A stretch of 63,322 nucleotides of DNA, counting the filler, from Aduncisulcus paluster (taxonomy: Eukaryota), in NCBI GenBank assembly GCA_024181965.1. It is 14 parts of 14 records of this genome, joined end to end, with 100 filler letters (N's around TTAATTAATTAA, not from the genome) between each part and the next. Parts side by side here need not be neighbours in the genome. Positions count along the whole stretch, not along the records: positions 57,828 to 61,438 come from BQXS01011893.1; positions 61,539 to 63,322 come from BQXS01011896.1; 12 more parts are not named here. One strand, given 5' to 3'. The notes below the pieces were generated by a model, which worked only from the letters and a program-made list of their open reading frames with translations, did no database searches and was not told the DNA's origin. Positions 61,023-63,322 of this stretch are shown here, piece by piece (the first letter of the stretch is position 1; each line of letters starts with the position of its first letter). The translations under genes and the position numbers were made by a program.

Positions 61023-61438
61023 ATGGGCTTTGCTGAATGGAAAAAGAGTTTCCAGTTCAAGAAAACTTCTAATCTTGAACTTAACGAAGATGCTCAGGCC
61101 TTTCTGAGAGCACGTCGTTTGGTTTTCTTTGCCTTCCGTGATTACAGTCGTGCCAGTGGAATCACCAACTACTTTACTGATAACGTTGCTGAGGATGTGA
61201 ATTACGATCCAATGCCCGGACTTATGGATGGTTTCCTTCTCGCCAAATTGGTTTGTGAGGCTGATCCTAGAATGAAACTTTCTCCTTCTGAAGATGCCGG
61301 TGCCAAGGCTTTGACCAGAAGTGGAACCAAAGTTTTCAAATCCGTTTTGAAATGGGCAAAGGACGAAGGGTTCCGCTTTGATCACCCTCTTGGATCCACT
61401 CTCAGTATTGATGACATCAATCCTGCTGAGACTGAATC
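61023..61438 (+). CDS. 5' end of a second (tandem) copy of the CH-like/MFS gene, 3' partial
   Basis: 61172-61438 is identical to 57828-58094 and supplies the start MGFAEWKKSFQF. Confidence 0.85.
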
Positions 61439-63322
61439 NNNNNNNNNNNNNNNNNNNNNNNNNNNNNNNNNNNNNNNNNNNNTTAATTAATTAANNNNNN
61501 NNNNNNNNNNNNNNNNNNNNNNNNNNNNNNNNNNNNNNACCAGAATAGTTTCCTAAAACAACTCCTAAGGCTTCCCACACAGTTTTCTATCCTTCCAATA
61601 ATTTTCTTTCTATTTCAATAACATCTCCTACACTAATACTTTCCTTTTCTATCATTAAACAACATCTATCAGCTATTGAATGGTACTTTAAGCTTTCCAA
61701 CTCCAATATATTGGTACTCGCCATTAGAATGGTTTAATCTCTACTCTATATGATTTGTTGCTGACTATATGTTTTTTGCCCATTATTTTCTTTTTGTCTT
61801 TATTTTTTCTTGTTTGGAGCATGTCTTGCTCAATAACCGGCTAAACCGGGATTTACCGAATAAACTACAACCATTGGTTTGAAATTTCTATCTTTGGCAA
61901 TCTTCCGAATTTACTCAAACCAATGTTTGTAAGCACAATATACGTAATAATATGATTTAAAGATCCGTATATAATTTGTATTGTCCATCGTTGATACCAA
62001 ATTATCAACCAAATTCCATCCCTGGGTCTAATAAAGATACAAATTAAATATCAATAACTTCAAATCTAATTTATTCCATTTTAATGAATATAATCTTCAA
62101 TAGTATCAAAATTAATGCTTTATCCAACACTTTAGATTCGTCAAGCTAATTTTGTTACAATATACAATTTTATTGTAAGTAATTATCATCAAATGAATTG
62201 TTGCTGATCGTTTCTAACTGAAATATTATATTCCTAACAGCGAATTCCGATGTTTTATATGTTTTCTTGGGATGAGTTCTTTAGCAATGAGAATAAGAGT
62301 ATAAAACACGATAAAAGATCGAATTTCGTGTCAAAAACTTCTCGTGGAGCAAATGGCATGGTTTTATTGATTTGATTCCTCTTTATATTGTGTCATTCAT
62401 AACATCTTCATTTGTACAACCTCTTAAGAATATTTTTCCAAATATTCCTGGAATATCACGATAAAAACGGGGCTTACAGTAATTGCAATTCGAAGTTCAT
62501 GTCATTATTCTCTCTACTGCTTGTTATTGTGTGTCAATGATATATGTTTGGCTCTCGAACTTTTTGACACATTATTGTTCTTTTTATTGACATAAAACTG
62601 AACTTAAACGTTTGATATTTGCCATACTACTCCCTAAAATCCTGCTACAAACTAAAAACACTAATAACACTCAACTCTCTGCTTCTGATTGTTGATCCTG
62701 GTTTCCACCCATTGTCTCTGAAAGTAATTGAGAAAATGACACACCTGCCCTCGCTTAACTCATTTGAATCTCGAATAACACATCAATAACACCAATAACA
62801 CCAATACCATCAAAGCTATTCCCCAATCTATGTGTCACATCATCTTATTCTTGGATGGTGATTCTTGATTAGAGATCTTTCCTTTGTTTTGCCGAATCCA
62901 ATCTTTTCTCTTCTCTCTCTAAACAGTTCAAACAACATAAGAAGAGAACTTGATCTGCCCAATGAACTTGATTCTTTTATTTTCTGCCAATCTATGTAGT
63001 AAATTTCCCCCCTTTTACCCCCATCCGTGGGGGTCCCCCCTGTACGGTGGTTGCACTGTACATTTCTTTATTATATTTTTTTCCCAAAAAAACAAACAAA
63101 CAAAAAAATACACAAACTTTCCACCGGCGGTGGCTGAGAAAAGTGGGGGAACCTCTATCGAAAAAATATTTGATATTTGCATTCTTTATTGATTTGTTGC
63201 GGATATGGTATTTTATATTGATCTGGTATTGAACCTTGCTTCCAGTCGTCTTCGTTGAATGATCCGATGTCGTTGTGCAAGAAAAAGTATTTTAAGGCCA
63301 AAAATTTCGTTTAATTTGAGTA

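Noticed and set aside
61540..62960. Decayed MULE transposase (minus-strand FLNYFQRQW-like words)
   Set aside because: Only short motif echoes among many stops; insufficient without a profile search.

Overview
Eukaryotic genomic DNA, not prokaryotic. It is a concatenation of 14 short draft contigs joined by 13 artificial N-TTAATTAATTAA-N linkers, with five internal 20-N scaffold gaps that each sit between duplicated flanks. The compact, intron-poor genes, Ser-rich insertions and repeated LRR, kinase and beta-domain families resemble a free-living fornicate metamonad (Aduncisulcus/Carpediemonas-like); this assignment is an inference. Recognisable genes are a SLU7-like splicing factor, a CHD1-like remodeller, a USP47-like deubiquitinase, a PUS3-like pseudouridine synthase, XPD/Rad3 (with an 88-nt intron), two MFS transporters, two TPR proteins, two LRR/Cys-rich surface proteins, a triple-kinase protein and an RGG-repeat C-terminus. 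There are also fragments of a chromodomain Ty3/gypsy-type element and an RLE-type non-LTR element next to 147-bp and 132-bp tandem repeats. Best candidates for novelty: (1) an apparent SLU7-PRP17/CDC40 fusion of two second-step splicing factors; (2) a tRNA-like Pol III cassette directly followed by a hammerhead-like motif between a chromo-integrase end and a gag-like ORF; (3) a calponin-homology-like domain fused to an MFS transporter; (4) a pseudokinesin with all three nucleotide motifs replaced; (5) very large in-frame insertions inside CHD chromodomains and helicase; (6) a dinucleotide-slippage frameshift in a multigene family. All homology calls come from motif recognition by eye; no searches were run.
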